Below, in pieces: positions 1 to 12,473 of a stretch of 64,000 nucleotides of DNA. The stretch comes from Calcarisporiella thermophila CBS 279.70. Taxonomy: Eukaryota > Fungi > Calcarisporiellomycota. Where the stretch lies: NCBI RefSeq assembly GCF_041956535.1, contig NW_027192191.1, positions 557,267 through 621,266 on the forward strand. Direction: 5' to 3'. A model generated the notes under the pieces. The model saw only the letters and a program-made list of their open reading frames with translations. It ran no database searches and was not told the DNA's origin. How positions within the stretch are numbered: position 1 is the stretch's first letter; every line of letters starts with the position of its first letter. Both the position numbers and the translations under genes were made by a program.

Positions 1-299
1 GATTAGGCTACAAAAGGCCCCGCCCCAAGAAAGAGAATGAGTGGCCCAGCCATGGAGCTATTCACGAATGCCACACCCTCATCACACATTACCTTGGAGT
101 CCGCCACATTGTCCTTCCTTCGCTTCTTGGTGGTCGGTGTTTTTCGTTTGGACGAGGAAAGTGCATGTTTGTTGGTGGAGGGGGTGGGCGGCGGGGTGGG
201 GGAATTGATCACAATAACTTCGGCGGGGTACCCGTTCCTGTAAAAATCCTTCTCCCAATCAGGATTAAACCGCTTACGACGGGAAGTGATGGCAGCCAT
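1..299 (-). CDS. 5' part of a probable LAMMER-family dual-specificity protein kinase (Lkh1/Kns1-like); runs off the window
   Basis: N-terminal motif RRKRFNPDWEKDFYRNGYPAEVIVI resembles the 'DW.EFYKNG.P.EVIVI' segment I recall from fungal LAMMER kinases. The kinase domain itself is not in the window. Confidence 0.5.
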
Positions 300-571
300 C
301 TTGTAAGGCGGTGATATTCAAAGTGGTGAGTATTGCTCGAGCGGCGTTAATTAGGGGGGAGTGGGTAGTCAATGGTGTAAAAAAAATGAGTGCATTCTCA
401 CTTCGTCGCCTGCTCCTTTCTTTTTTCCCTCAGTATTCAAAAATTATTAAGCACTTAATAATTTTATAAAAAATTACACACGAAAAAAAAAAAATTCAAA
501 AACTAGTGCAAGAAATCAGTAGCCAAGCCGACACAAAAAAAAACTATTCGCAGTTCAATAGGTTTCAATTA

Positions 572-2684
572 TCAGGATTGTTCGTTCTTGAATGGAGCAG
601 CTGCAGCGGGTACAGGCTCGCTTTCGCCTTCCGGTTTCCGACCCGGAGGTATTGTTGTGGTTTGCGGTGCGGGCTCATCAGCATTGCTTCCCTGAATTCT
701 TACCATGGACTCCTCGGTCCGCAATGCTCCATCCTCCTCCCCATTGACATCGACCTCCATACTTTCGGCGTCCCCAGGTGCCTGGCTCGGCATTGCCTCC
801 CCATTCCTTCCCTCTCCGGATTCCTTATAGTTTTGCTCTCGCCGCCGCTCTGGCTCTCCGTCCGAGTCGTAGTATTCATTCTCCGGGACAATGAGCTTAT
901 CGGCGATTCGCTGTGGGAGACGCTCCTCGGGATCGTCCATATCCTCGTCGTCGGACTCGACCTTATCGGCGGGCACCTCCTGCATTTGCACGCTGGGTGC
1001 GAACTGAGTGCGCGACAGGTTCTGCAGCACTTGAACCCTGAAAAAGAGCGTTGATTACCCATTGATTGAGCCTATACTAAGTGGAGTGGGGGGGAGGGAA
1101 GAGTTTTGGCTTACTTGATTTTTTCCAAGTATTCGGGTGTGTTCAAATTGTCCATGTTGCTCGACAGCACATCCAGCTTGTAATCGGGCCCGAAGTATTC
1201 ATAATAGTCGTTGTATGGCATGGTCGGCCCAATGTCCTGCCCGACCACGACGCCCGTCTCGTACGCCCACGCCTTCGCGACATTGCGCATGGTATATCCG
1301 CCGCCGCCGAGAATCAAGGTTGGTAGATTGAAACTCTTCACGAAACGCACGCAGTTGGCGTGCCCTTTCATGGAGAGATTGAAGCAGCCGAGTTTATCCC
1401 CGCTCAACGAATCCGCGCCACACTGTAGTACAACGGCAGACGGCCGATACCAATCCATCGCTGCTTGAATCACCTACATATATACCGCGGGTTATTTGTT
1501 GGATGGTCCCATTTGCAAAAAAAAGCACAAAATCATTGCAAGGGAAAAAAAAGAGCTACCGGCTCGAATACACTCTTGTAGGATTCGTCGCTGATTCCTT
1601 CCCGCAGAGGAAAGTTAACTGCGTAGTGCTTCCCGCGTCCGATGCCAATATCCCGAAGCTCTCCTGTGCCCGGGAAAAACTCTCCATACTTGTGGAAACT
1701 CACGGTCATGACCCGATCAGTAGTGAAAAATGCCTCCTCCACACCATCCCCGTGGTGGATATCAATATCAATATAGAGTACACGTTGATGAAACCTTGGA
1801 ATGTCGGAGCAAGTGTTAGCAAAAATGTTCCCCTCCCTTCCATGGCAGCACCACAGAGCGACATTCCACGCTTCAATGCTTACCTCAATAATTCCAATAT
1901 GCCCAATACAATATCATTGACATAGCAAAACCCGCTTGCCTCTGCCTTTTTTGCGTGATGCAAACCTCCTGCCCAGTTGATCGCAATATCACACAGCCCA
2001 CGGTTGAGCCGCGCCGCTCCCTCTTAATAAATGTGCAAAGCAATTATTTATCCTTTTTTCCCTTTATAAACGGATTAAAAAAAAAGCAAGCTATGTCTCT
2101 ACCCATGGAGCCACCCGCTGACAGACCACAATACTCAAAGAGCCCATCGAATACAGGGCAGTCATCTCCCACATTATCTGGAGGGATAGAAGGGGGTTAG
2201 ACCAGCTCAAAACAGAAGTGAGAGGGGATGGGCGTGAGGAGAGTCGCCATTACGCATACATTTTGCTAGATCCCGAGAATTCTGGTCCAGAGTCTCAGGG
2301 GTCACTCGAGATAAGAAGTCGATGTACTCGTCGGTGTGAAACTGCGTCATTTCCCACTTATTTGCAGGTTTAGCTCTCTACGGTCGCCGAATTACAGAGA
2401 AGGCCACCACTCATTAGCCCAGCTATCGAAAGAGGAAAGCAAGACCACGCAACTCACATAGATTTCCATCTTCTTATACAGCCCATAGTTCATCACCAGT
2501 CCGTGGCACATTCTTATCCTGTGGGGCTTCATGGGATGGCCTGGGCCATAGTGGTAATTGCCAACATTGGCTAGCATAAATAGATGGATGCATATATTCA
2601 GCCATGGTGAGTGGCAAGAGTGGGAAGAAAGGAAGACGCACCATCGTAAAAGTAACACACTCTCTTCTTTTGCTGTGTGGCCAT
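572..2684 (-). CDS. RPD3: Class I histone deacetylase Rpd3/Clr6 (multi-exon)
   Basis: Exons give [104 protein letters not shown], and an acidic C-tail. ATG at 2682-2684. Confidence 0.96.
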
Positions 2685-3540
2685 TGAAAAATCGCTTCTT
2701 GTCGATGCTAAGCTAGGAGGGGACCATAGGAGAAAGAAAAGGAATCGGACAAGAATGGACGCGTGTTAACAACCTGAAACAGAGGCTAAATGCAAAGTTC
2801 ACACAGCTTCCCCCCCACTCCTCTGAGAGCAAGCGATAGGCTATGCTGAGGAGCCTTACCTGACCAAACTGAAACGGACTCTCTCTTCAAAAGGAAGCCG
2901 ACGTGTAAGCGATCTATGAAAATGAAAGAGAAATTTAATGTGTATCCGAGTCTTGAACAAGAGGAACATTAGAGCTGGAGACAAGCCATAAAAAACAGTG
3001 GCTTGGTCCATGGTCGCCTCCTCTTATCTCTCACCGGGTGTACAAAGATACTTTCATGTGTCGGGTCGGGTTGGAGTGAAAAAAAAAAAGAAGCATTGTT
3101 ATTAAACTAGGATGGAATTGAAAAACAAACAAACAACACCTCTGGTGCAGAACATAGAAAGAAAAGGATTATTAGAAAATCGGCATGGAATTATTCATCT
3201 CCGGGTCAAAGACCAGCTCCCTTCTATTACAACGGAATAATAAACGGAAAGGATAAAAAGGACCTATATAAAAACAGGGGAAATACTTCATAGCATCTCT
3301 TTTTTTTTTCATTCTTTCTTTTTTCTACTTTTTGTACAAGTGTTTGAACTTATTTGCCTGCTCCTAAGGGGGGGAAAAAAAAGAGTTGGAATAACTCGAT
3401 AGAAGTGAGGGTAAGGGGAGGAAGCATAACAAAGAAAAAAAGAAAATAACATTTACAAAACGAAAAGGTAGTGCCAACAAAGAGGGTGAGGTTGAAAGAA
3501 TAAGCGTCACAATATATGTATATATATATTTATAGATTCA

Positions 3541-5362
3541 CTATGGGTGTATACCGCCTGCCTCGATATCTCTCGACCTCATGGGCCGTATAAGGCCGGC
3601 TCTTGAGCTGGCTCGTGATATGCCGTCGCCACCGTATTCAAACGAGGATTTGTTCCTAATCTCCAACGGCCGCCCCTTCTCCTCCATCTCGTAGTACCCC
3701 CACGTGGCCTCGTCCAGTTCATTCTCCGGCTCCTCCATGACCAGCTGCTGCGAGACAAAGTTGGAGATCATCCGCGGCTTGTCACGATGGCCATTTCGGG
3801 GCGGGGGGCGAGGAAGGTTGTGCTGGCGGTAAAGCTCGTGCTCGTGCTCGAGGGGGTCCTCCGTAAAAGAGTTCATCGGGAGAGGATCCTGCGGCTGGAT
3901 CCGAGCACTATCGCGGAGGGAGGAGAGGTCGGGGCGGGTGGTTGGGAGGGATTGGCTGGTGGTGACGCGGGTGCTGTTGCTGCCATGCATGAAAGCGGCG
4001 TTCGGATAGAAAATGAAGAGGAGTAGGATCCAAACAAACATGGCCATGAAATTGAAGGTGGCTAGTGCAAGGCAAAGATAGAGAGAAGATGAGAAAAGAG
4101 GAAGCCCATCCGGGGGGACTCGAGCGCAACTCACCGATCAAAATGTCGGAAGCAAACTTGTTATGTGCGATCACCTGTTCTGAGGTCAGGCCGTCCACCG
4201 ACAAGATGAACATGGTGATACTTCCGATCATCGTGACGGCCGACAGAAGTCGGTTCATCGAGCAGAAATAGGCGAGCTTGGTCGCAATCTCCTTGGAGTT
4301 GGATTGGGTGTGGGTGATGCCAAGCAGATGGCGGAAGCGAATTTCCGAAACGATCCTGGAGAAGTGGGAGAGAGACGGAAAAAATGTACATATGAGATTC
4401 AAGCTCGATCCTCCCCCCACAGCAGCAACCAGCACGAGGATACATACCCCAAGAGTGATACGAGCAACAGCTCGAATGCGTAGAACAGCTGCGGGACGGC
4501 TTCGGCCTTGACGTGGTCGTTCTTGTAAAAGTATTCGAGAAGCGGAAAAGTGATGATACTCCCGGCACACCACACAAGATAGGCGCGGAATTCAAAGCTA
4601 GACTCATCAGGAGAGGAAAGAGAGAGGACAAAGGGATCAGCTTGGAGTGCCGAGGTTGCCACATCCAGTCACCGCAAAAGCCTACCTGCCGACAAAAGTC
4701 GTTTTGGTGAAGGTGCTGGCGAGGAAGTTCCAAAAGATCTGCAGCAGCGAGAGCATCCCCATCTGCATGGAGAAGCCGACCATCAGGGCAAATTCCGTGG
4801 AGAGGATCGCGTCGCGGTTGCCCGGGCTCCAGAGATTATCAGGCTTGGAGACGATGATGTCGGTTCTCGGGTCGTGCAGAAAGCCCTCCTGATACTTGAA
4901 GATCGAGGTGCGGACGTCATAGTACCTGCAAAAGGAGAGGCGAGGTTAGTAGGGCATCAGAGGGGCTCAAGCGGCGAGCACTACGTACAGCTGGAGCGGG
5001 AGGGCAATGAAGATAAATAAGGTCATGATAGTCTATCGGACAATGGTAAGACAAATTAGAACGGCCCATGTTTAGTAAGGTTTGCCTAGATCTATCTCGA
5101 AAGAAGCTATCGCACTCACCTTTATTTGGAAGTGTCTGATCTTGGACCACCGGAAGCAGGCAAATTTATCGGTTCGATAGATATGGATAATGATGTAGAC
5201 AAATAAGAAAGAGAACGAAACCGCTCTTTCTACACAGCAGAAGCGGGAACAGGGAGAAACCGGGGAAGAGGGGAGAGAGAGAGAGCGTTAGCCATTGGCA
5301 GGGGAACAGGAATGCCGATCAGAGGCGCACTCACCAAGGTATGAGTAATCCGAGAGATGCAT
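3541..5362 (-). CDS. Uncharacterised multi-pass (about 7 TM) membrane protein with cytoplasmic C-tail (multi-exon)
   Basis: Spliced exons MHLSDYSYL / ERAVSFSFLFVYIIIHIYRTDKF / YYDVRTSIFKYQEGF / SSFEFRAYLVWCAGS / MFILSVDGLT...HNKFASDILI / LATFNFMAMFVWILLLFIFYP show several hydrophobic helices and GT-AG boundaries. Confidence 0.7.
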
Positions 5363-8300
5363 TGTGAGGAGGGGCCGAAGTTCAGGCGGAGCCCATGCAC
5401 AAGACTGGGAGGGGGGGGGGGGGAGCGGCGGCGGCGGGTGGGCGTTCAAGCGCGGATGCCTTAGATGGAGAAGATGGAATCAGACAGAACAGGGGCGCGG
5501 GGGAGGGGCGGAATGCGGGGGAGAAGGCGGAAGGGGGCGAGCGCGGGCTTGGAATGCAGAAGAAGAGAGAGGGAGACGGAGTCAGAAGGAAGGCGAACTT
5601 ATTCTCAAGGCTGGACGAAGCCGGAGTTGCAAAAGCACGCTACTAAATTAAACTTCTGATAAAAGCGGGGGTGGTGATTCTCAGCTCTCACCTTAAATTT
5701 TGTGTTTGGTCGCCACTGTCGGATGCAGAATTGAAGATGAGTGGACACCGCGCGCTAAATTGACTTCTGCATATGCAGTAAGCTAATCGCGGCAGGGGGG
5801 CGGGGGCATGCAGGGCCAGAGACATCGCGGTCGGCTGGCTGATCCGGCTTCAGCTCGCGCGTCCAACGGCCGGGCCTGGGTGGGGTTTGAGTCAATCGAA
5901 GGGGGGCGACTCGCCCTGGGCCCTGCCAGCTTGCATAGAACCCCGCCTGCCTCATCAATAGGCCATGACAAATGAGCAATCTGATTCGAGGGCATCCGGA
6001 TCTGAAACGGACATGTGCAGGCCGTCACGGCCGCCCCTGAGTGGAGGAAGGGCTGGCGGCCGCTGTTTCGTCCGGTTTCTGAGGGGGAAAGCGCAGATGT
6101 CTTGTAAATTTCCACCGCGCCTATCTCGCAGCACCGATCGCCTGCCGAGGCCGCGCTGCGCTACGCAATTGTTTGGGGCCGTCGGACACGGCCGCCCCCC
6201 CGCGGCTCCGACACAATGCCCTGAGGCGGGCAGGCGTGCGAATCTCCCCCCACACGCAACCGCTTCCCAGCCGCAATCTCGGCCGCCTGCTGTCACTGGG
6301 CCGATTCGACTAATTGGGTGATTTAATTTCTGATTCGAAAATCGAAAATAAATTGATCACTCTGCGACAGATTGGTTCGCAGATTGGGCCCCCCTCCTTA
6401 GCTGCCATTGCCTCGGTCTAGCTCCCGTTGGATGCTTAGACCACCGCAGCACCATTCAAGGCTCGGCAGCTCCCCCCCAAAACGGGCCGATCGCGCACAA
6501 GAACAATTAAATGCAATAGCGCATCGGCCCCCATCGCGCTGTTTTGGAGACTCCTCTTGCCTGTTTGAGCAGCCACGGGCATTTCAGGAGGCCCGGCGCG
6601 ATCCCATGACCCCTAATGGCCTCACGAACCTTTATTGACGACGCGGTGGGTGTCTATACACGCCTCAATAGCCTGCTTGGTGAGAAACTTTTGTACTGCG
6701 CAGCATATTAGCCGACCAGGTCAGAGTTTGTGGGGGGCCTTTGTGCTCTTGCCACGTAAACTTCGATCTTGCCCGCTTAGGCGAAAGCTTCTTTCCGCTG
6801 TCGCCCGGCCGCTCATTCGTCGCGAGAGCCACCCCCCTCGCTCGATCCCCTGGGCCGCGATCTTCGTCCGCTTGTGTATCAGAACGTCGGTTGTATCGAG
6901 ATGACGAATCTTCCTGCGGAACCCTCCAGCAAACCTAAGGAAGAATTCTTTGCCGCCCGGTTAAATTAGTGTAACCTGGCTGCTCTCCCTCCCCCCATTC
7001 CGAATCAGCGCCCAACCTGTCTAACAACAACGCTGTCCTACTGTTTCCGGATAGGCGCGTGCCCCATTTTCCCCGATAATACGCGCTTCAACCTAATGCC
7101 GCGGCCAACGGCCTTGACAATCCCTCGTACAGCTTGCGCGTTCGGGCCACCCCTCGCCCCTGTGCAAGAGAAACGGGTTCCTAGCCTCATGAGAAACTGT
7201 ACATAAACCTAACCTTACGTGACCTTCTAAACCAGCACATGAAAGTGGGTGAACAAGTTGGCCCCGTCCCCCTCACTTTTGCAGGAGGGCAAGGGAGGGG
7301 GGAGCGCTTCTCGTGGTCAAAGCCGATGGTGTAGCCTGACGTCAGCGAGGAATCGTCAAAGGCGCGTCCGCCTCCCCCCCCCCCCCCGCACGGGCTATTC
7401 GAAGATGCTTAGAGTTTGACTAGGAGGCTCCGGTCGACCGAGAGGACACGTTCTCAAATTCCTGATTGAGTAGAACCGGAGATTGACAGGATCCCTCCCA
7501 GCAATAGATAAATAGGCCGCGTCATGGAGGCGGTCCACTTTGAAGGCTAGATATATGTTGTTGCGAAGCAAAGTTACGATCGCAAAGGCCCGCGTGGAGA
7601 CACGGCTAATTGGCCTAAAAGCAGCGGGCTGCCGACGAAACCCCGAGTTGAGTGATCGCAGCTCGGCCTTAGCAATTAATCTTAAATATCCAAGGGGCTG
7701 AGAGATTAGATCAAGCTTTTGTTTACCTTCTTCAAAAGACCAAATAGATGAATCTGGATGATTTCGTCTTAGCCCTTTCTAGCTCAAGGAGGGTGGACAC
7801 CGCCAATGCTCCCCATGCTCAAGCGTGGTTACTGTCCCTGACTCCTTGCGTAATCAATCTAGGGCAGGAGCATCGAGTCTATTCGGGTGGAGCGTGGCCC
7901 TCTCATATGAATATAAACTATAACTATAATTATCTGGAATTAACTAAAAGATAGAAATCAGCCCCAATCTCTACGCCCTATGCTTTAGGAATGGGGTTGT
8001 TTTACATGCGGAGAAGGCCTCAGTTTTCCCGAGAAAAATGGCAAGAGTCCTAACGTGAATGCATTGGTCACCCTTCCAATACGCCCTGCGATATAAAAAG
8101 ATTCGCCAAGAGTCGCCCGCATTCCCCCTCCCAGGACCATAGCGAAATCAAGCGGTGATATCCGATGAATCAATCCTTGTACAGGCGAACCTGTCGGAAT
8201 AAATCGAGGTAGAAATTCCTCAAGTCTTACCCCAACCAATCAACGATCTCTTCGTGTTTTCAGCTGTAACATCTAAGAGCTCGAGATGGCCACCCCATCT

Positions 8301-8759
8301 TCTCCTGGAGATAAACAGTAGGTCTTTTGCTACGCGAACATGTTCGGAACTTACCGAGCTTTTATACGGTTGAGCCTCGTCTACTTGCTGAAGAATTAGA
8401 ATTGAAAGATGGAGTTGGTGTTCATTTTCTCACAGGAACTAAAAACATTGCGCGAGGGGGAGAGGGGGGGGGGGAACGCGATCAAAAACACCATGCATAG
8501 TGGGCACGGACGCTTTCATCACGCGCTTCTAGCAAACAAACGTCGTCAAGGTCACGCCAAATAACAGTCGTATAGGCTCGCCTCCATCTCCCCCCCTGTC
8601 AGAAATTCCCACGGGAATATCAACAAAACGAAGGCAAACTTTAATTCCTTATCGAACAGATCCCCCCCCGAATCTTCCTATAAAATCTCCCAACATTTTT
8701 TTTTTTCCTTCTCTTTATTGTTGAATATTAACCTACATTTCCTTTATACACCCTCCACT

Positions 8760-9757
8760 ATGAGCCTTGGAAAGCAAACGGATAAGATCACTTGCCTCTT
8801 GAACTGGCACGCCACCCCCTACCACGCCCCAGTCTATCTTGCGCAGAAGCTCGGCTACTTTGCCGAGGAGGGGATTAAGGTGGCTATCCTTGAGCCCAGT
8901 GACCCTTCCGACGTCACCGAGATTATCGGAAGTGGCAAGGTGGACCTGGGCCTCAAGGCAATGATCCACACGATTGCCGCCAAGGCCAGGGAATGGCCGG
9001 TCACGAGTATTGGCACGCTCCTTGACGAGCCTCTGACGGGAGTGGTGTATTTGAAGTCGAGCGGGATCACCGAGGATTTTCAAACCTTGCGAGGCAAGCG
9101 CATCGGTAACCATCACCTCCCACATCGTCTGGGCCTAACCCGCAGCTAACGTGCTTTTTGTTTTCTTTCTCAGGCTATGTTGGAGAGTTTGGCAAAATCA
9201 TCCTTGACGAGCTCACCCAGCACTATGGCATGAAGCCCGAGGAATACACCGCGATTCGCGTGGGCATGAACGTCACCGATGCCATCAAGCGCGGGGTCAT
9301 CGACGCAGGAGTGGGCCTTGAAAATGTGCAGCAGGTCGAGCTCGAGGCTTGGTGTGAGGAGCAGGGCAAGCCCAGGGACGAGGTGCGTATGCTCCGGATC
9401 GATGAGCTCGCCCACCTTGGCTGCTGCTGCTTCTGCTCCATCCTCTACATCGTCAACGAGAACTACCTGGCCCAGAACCGCGACAACGTCGCCAAGTTCG
9501 TCCGTGCCGTGGCCAAAGCAACGGAATACCTCCTCGCCCAACCGCAAAAGGCCTACAACCAATACTGCGAGGTGAAGCCGGATCTTGCCTCGCCCCTCAA
9601 CCGCAGAATCTTTGAGCGCTCCTTGCCCTACTTCTCCAAGAACCTGGAGAACGTCGAGCGTGATTGGAACAAGGTGACGAATTACTGCAAACGGCTTGGA
9701 CTGATTGACAACTCGTTCCAACAGAATTACACCAACGAGTTTGTCCTGAACAAGTAA
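8760..9757 (+). CDS. THI5: HMP-P synthase THI5/NMT1 (thiamine pyrimidine synthesis), one internal intron (about 9106-9173)
   Basis: [37 protein letters not shown] (PLP Lys and substrate His), GYVGEFGK and the diagnostic [11 protein letters not shown] motif. TATAAAA at about 8679. Confidence 0.97.
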
Positions 9758-9888
9758 GTAGGATGCCGACGCTTTTCGTGGTAGGTTTTAGTTTAGGCGA
9801 AGCCCCTCCTCCCATTTCACCACCATACCCCTCTCCGCTATGGGTAACTTTCTGTCGTATATAGTTCATTTTTATTCTTCTGTGTAGG

Positions 9889-9894
9889 AATAAA
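9889..9894 (+). terminator. Candidate polyadenylation signal AATAAA of THI5, about 25 nt upstream of the riboswitch P1
   Basis: AATAAA followed by a U-rich tract and a CA dinucleotide at 9919-9920. Confidence 0.5.
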
Positions 9895-9915
9895 AGCTTT
9901 TATATTTTTTTCTTT

Positions 9916-10021
9916 GTGCATGCGCTAGGGGTGTCAGAGCTTACTCTCTTACGAGAGATCTCTGTCTGAGAAATACCCTTTGAACCTGATCATTGTAATA
10001 GATGCGAAGGGAAGCGCGCAC
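9916..10021 (+). ncRNA. TPP (THI-box) riboswitch aptamer in the 3' region of THI5/NMT1
   Basis: All conserved elements occur in order: P1 TGCGCT(9921-26)/AGCGCG(10013-18); P2 AGGGG/CCCTT; P3 CAGAG...CTCTG with internal CTCTC-TTAC-GAGAG hairpin; CTGAGA-AATACCC; TGAACCTGATC; P5 loop TAAT; GCGAAGGGA. It lies next to a thiamine biosynthesis gene on the same strand. Confidence 0.95.
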
Positions 10022-11145
10022 ACCTTTTTCTTTTTTAATTACTTTTTCACCCCTTATCCTATCTACCTGCAACTCTACTCTTTATCTCCATTCCTCTCCC
10101 TCTCTCTTTCCCTCTTTCTCCTCCTTCCTCTCCCTGCCAGCCCTCTCATTTGTTTTGATTTCTCTACTCTTCTTCCCATACCTTGGTTACAGGTTAGAGT
10201 GTGTATGGGTCCAAGTATACCCGTACTCGATATCTCCTCCTGTGTTTCCGACTATTTTTTACCCACTCTCTTTTATCACCTTTCTCTGCTTTCCATATTT
10301 TACTTCCACTGCTCTATCCGATACCTCCCCCTCCCCCCCGGAGGCAAGATGGATCTTTGATCTCTCTTTCCTTTTCCACCTCGGTTATTTTCTCTCCCTA
10401 TTCCGAATCTCTTCCGTCCTTCCCCCCCTCCCCTTTGGTCCTCTCTCGGCTTCTTTTTCCTTCTTAGAAAAGGCGTGCGTGCTGGCCTCTTTCCCCAGCT
10501 TTAAATGAGGACAGATAAACACGGCCAGAAAGCGCCCGCAAAAAACCCGGCTCTTTCAAAGCAGCAATAGAAACCCCTCCATACAGATCCTACCCTCAAC
10601 TCCCAAGAGAAACATGGTTATGAAAATTCTAAAAAATGTAATCTTGTTCGTGTAAGGAATAGCTTTGTGTCATGGTGGCGAAGCACATATTGATTCCACC
10701 GTATTATCCAGTCTCAAATACACTGCCCCTCCCCTCCCATCATCTCAAAGAGTGTGCTAGTCGGCTGGTCGGTAGAGAGAATTCTCCACTCTCACCACTC
10801 TCTTTCATCTCTCATTTTGTATTTTTTTTTTGATCGTGGTGTGCTTCATCCTAAACAATTTAAGAAGTGTTAAGGCATTGGGTCATCCATCTCTGTCATC
10901 TATTTTTATCGGCGACAATAGAAATCTTTTGGCTGAGAGGCATTCCTTACCCTCCCCTCCCCCTTTTGATCTCTTCTCATCTGAGCTTCATCCTCGCCAT
11001 AATCACTTCATCTCCCAAATTCATCCCGCTCATTCCACTCTCTTGATCTGCCCTAAGCCGGTGATCGCCTTAAGATATCCCCTTAGTCATCCGCACTTCC
11101 AACCCTCTTTGATTTTTCCGAGCCTAAATTCTGGTGAGATCGTGA

Positions 11146-12473
11146 ATGAATAACTTCGATACACAGTCGGTCAAAAGCGGCACAGCCCCGGTCATGGGGG
11201 AGGCCATCTCTCGATCGCCAACCCCCTCGATGATCATGCCCTCTCCTGGGCAGCCGGGAGCTGGCAGCCAAAGCAATCTTTTCCAGCCGCTCTTGAGCCA
11301 TTCGCATCTGAAGCCGGGCCACAATGCCTCCCTCCTCTCCTACTCTCAGACCCTCGAACTCTATCGTCAGAATGCGCGCAAGACCAACGATCCCAATTTA
11401 CAATTTGATTTTTCGGTATTCCTCGTAGAGGCATCACGACAAACCGAAGATGACACACAACGACAAGAGCTCATGGACGAGGCCACCAAACTGCTACGAC
11501 AGCTCTCCGGAAAGGGGCATGCCGATGCACAATTTTATCTTGCCGAGTGCTACACGGCGGGGCTCTGCTCTCCCAAGGGCAAGAAGGAGTACGACAAAGC
11601 GTTTCCATTATATGTGCAGGCATCGAAGCATTCTCATCCGGATGCTGCGTTCGAGGCCGCAAAGTGCTACGAGGAAGGGCTGGGCACACGGCGCGAGCCG
11701 GCCAAGGCCCTACAGTTTTACCGGAAGGCTGCGACGGCCAATCATCCCGGCGCCATGTATAGACTTGCCATGGCCGAGTTGAATGGTGAGCTTGGCCTGA
11801 CAAAAAATCCGCGCGATGGGGTAAAATGGCTTAAACGGGCGGCCGAGGCAGCCACCCCAGAATATCCGCAGGCACCCCACGAGCTTGCCCTGCTGCATGA
11901 GAAGGGGATCGACAATGTTGTCTTCCCTGATGCAGAATATGCGGTCTCCCTATATGCTCAGGCTGCCGACCTTGGTCACGCGCCTGCCGCCTACCGCTTG
12001 GGCGAGTGCTACGAATACGGCCGCCTCGGCTGTCCGCAGGATGCGACGCTCTCCATCCACTACTACACGGTCGCTGCCCAGCAGGGGCACAAGGAGGCCT
12101 GTTTTGCCCTGACTGCATGGTATCTGGTGGGATGCCCGAACGTCCTCCCCCAATCCGATGCGGACGCATATGCGTGGGCATTGCGTGCGGCTGAAAAGGG
12201 GCTTCCCAAGGCCGAATATGCAATCGGCTATTTCACAGAAGGTAAGCCAATGGGATGGTTCGACTTCACTGGAATTCTTTTGGCTGACATCTCTTGAACG
12301 TTTATTTAGTGGGCATCGGGGTGGAGAAAAATCCAGAGGAGGCCATGGAATGGTATAAGAAGGCGGCTGAACATGGCGACAAGCGCGCTCTACATCGTTT
12401 AAATGGCACCATGCCGGTCGAAAAGAAAAAGACAGGAAAGCGAGGTTCATCGGAAGAGTGTGTGATATCTTAA
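11146..12473 (+). CDS. SKT5: Sel1-repeat chitin synthase activator (Chs4/Skt5-like), 2 exons, C-terminal CaaX
   Basis: Multiple SEL1 repeats (GHADAQFYLA, HPGAMYRLA, GHAPAAYRLGECYEYG, GLPKAEYAIGYFTE). Intron at 12242 joins to an exon ending EECVIS*. Confidence 0.88.

Noticed and set aside
506-1062. Antisense and alternate-frame ORFs over RPD3 (similar ones over THI5, SKT5 and the SH3 gene)
   Set aside because: Shadow ORFs of GC-rich coding sequence.
5364-6938. Many overlapping 65-118 aa ORFs on both strands
   Set aside because: Arg/Pro/Gly-rich translations typical of GC-rich non-coding DNA; no motifs or splice support.
7690-7715. GGGGCTGAGA, a possible 5' TPP aptamer upstream of THI5
   Set aside because: Lacks the downstream ATACCC/GAACCTGA/GCGxAGGGA elements.
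9980-10508. Phe/Leu/Ser-rich ORFs that look like membrane proteins
   Set aside because: Artefact of the polypyrimidine tract; they overlap the riboswitch.
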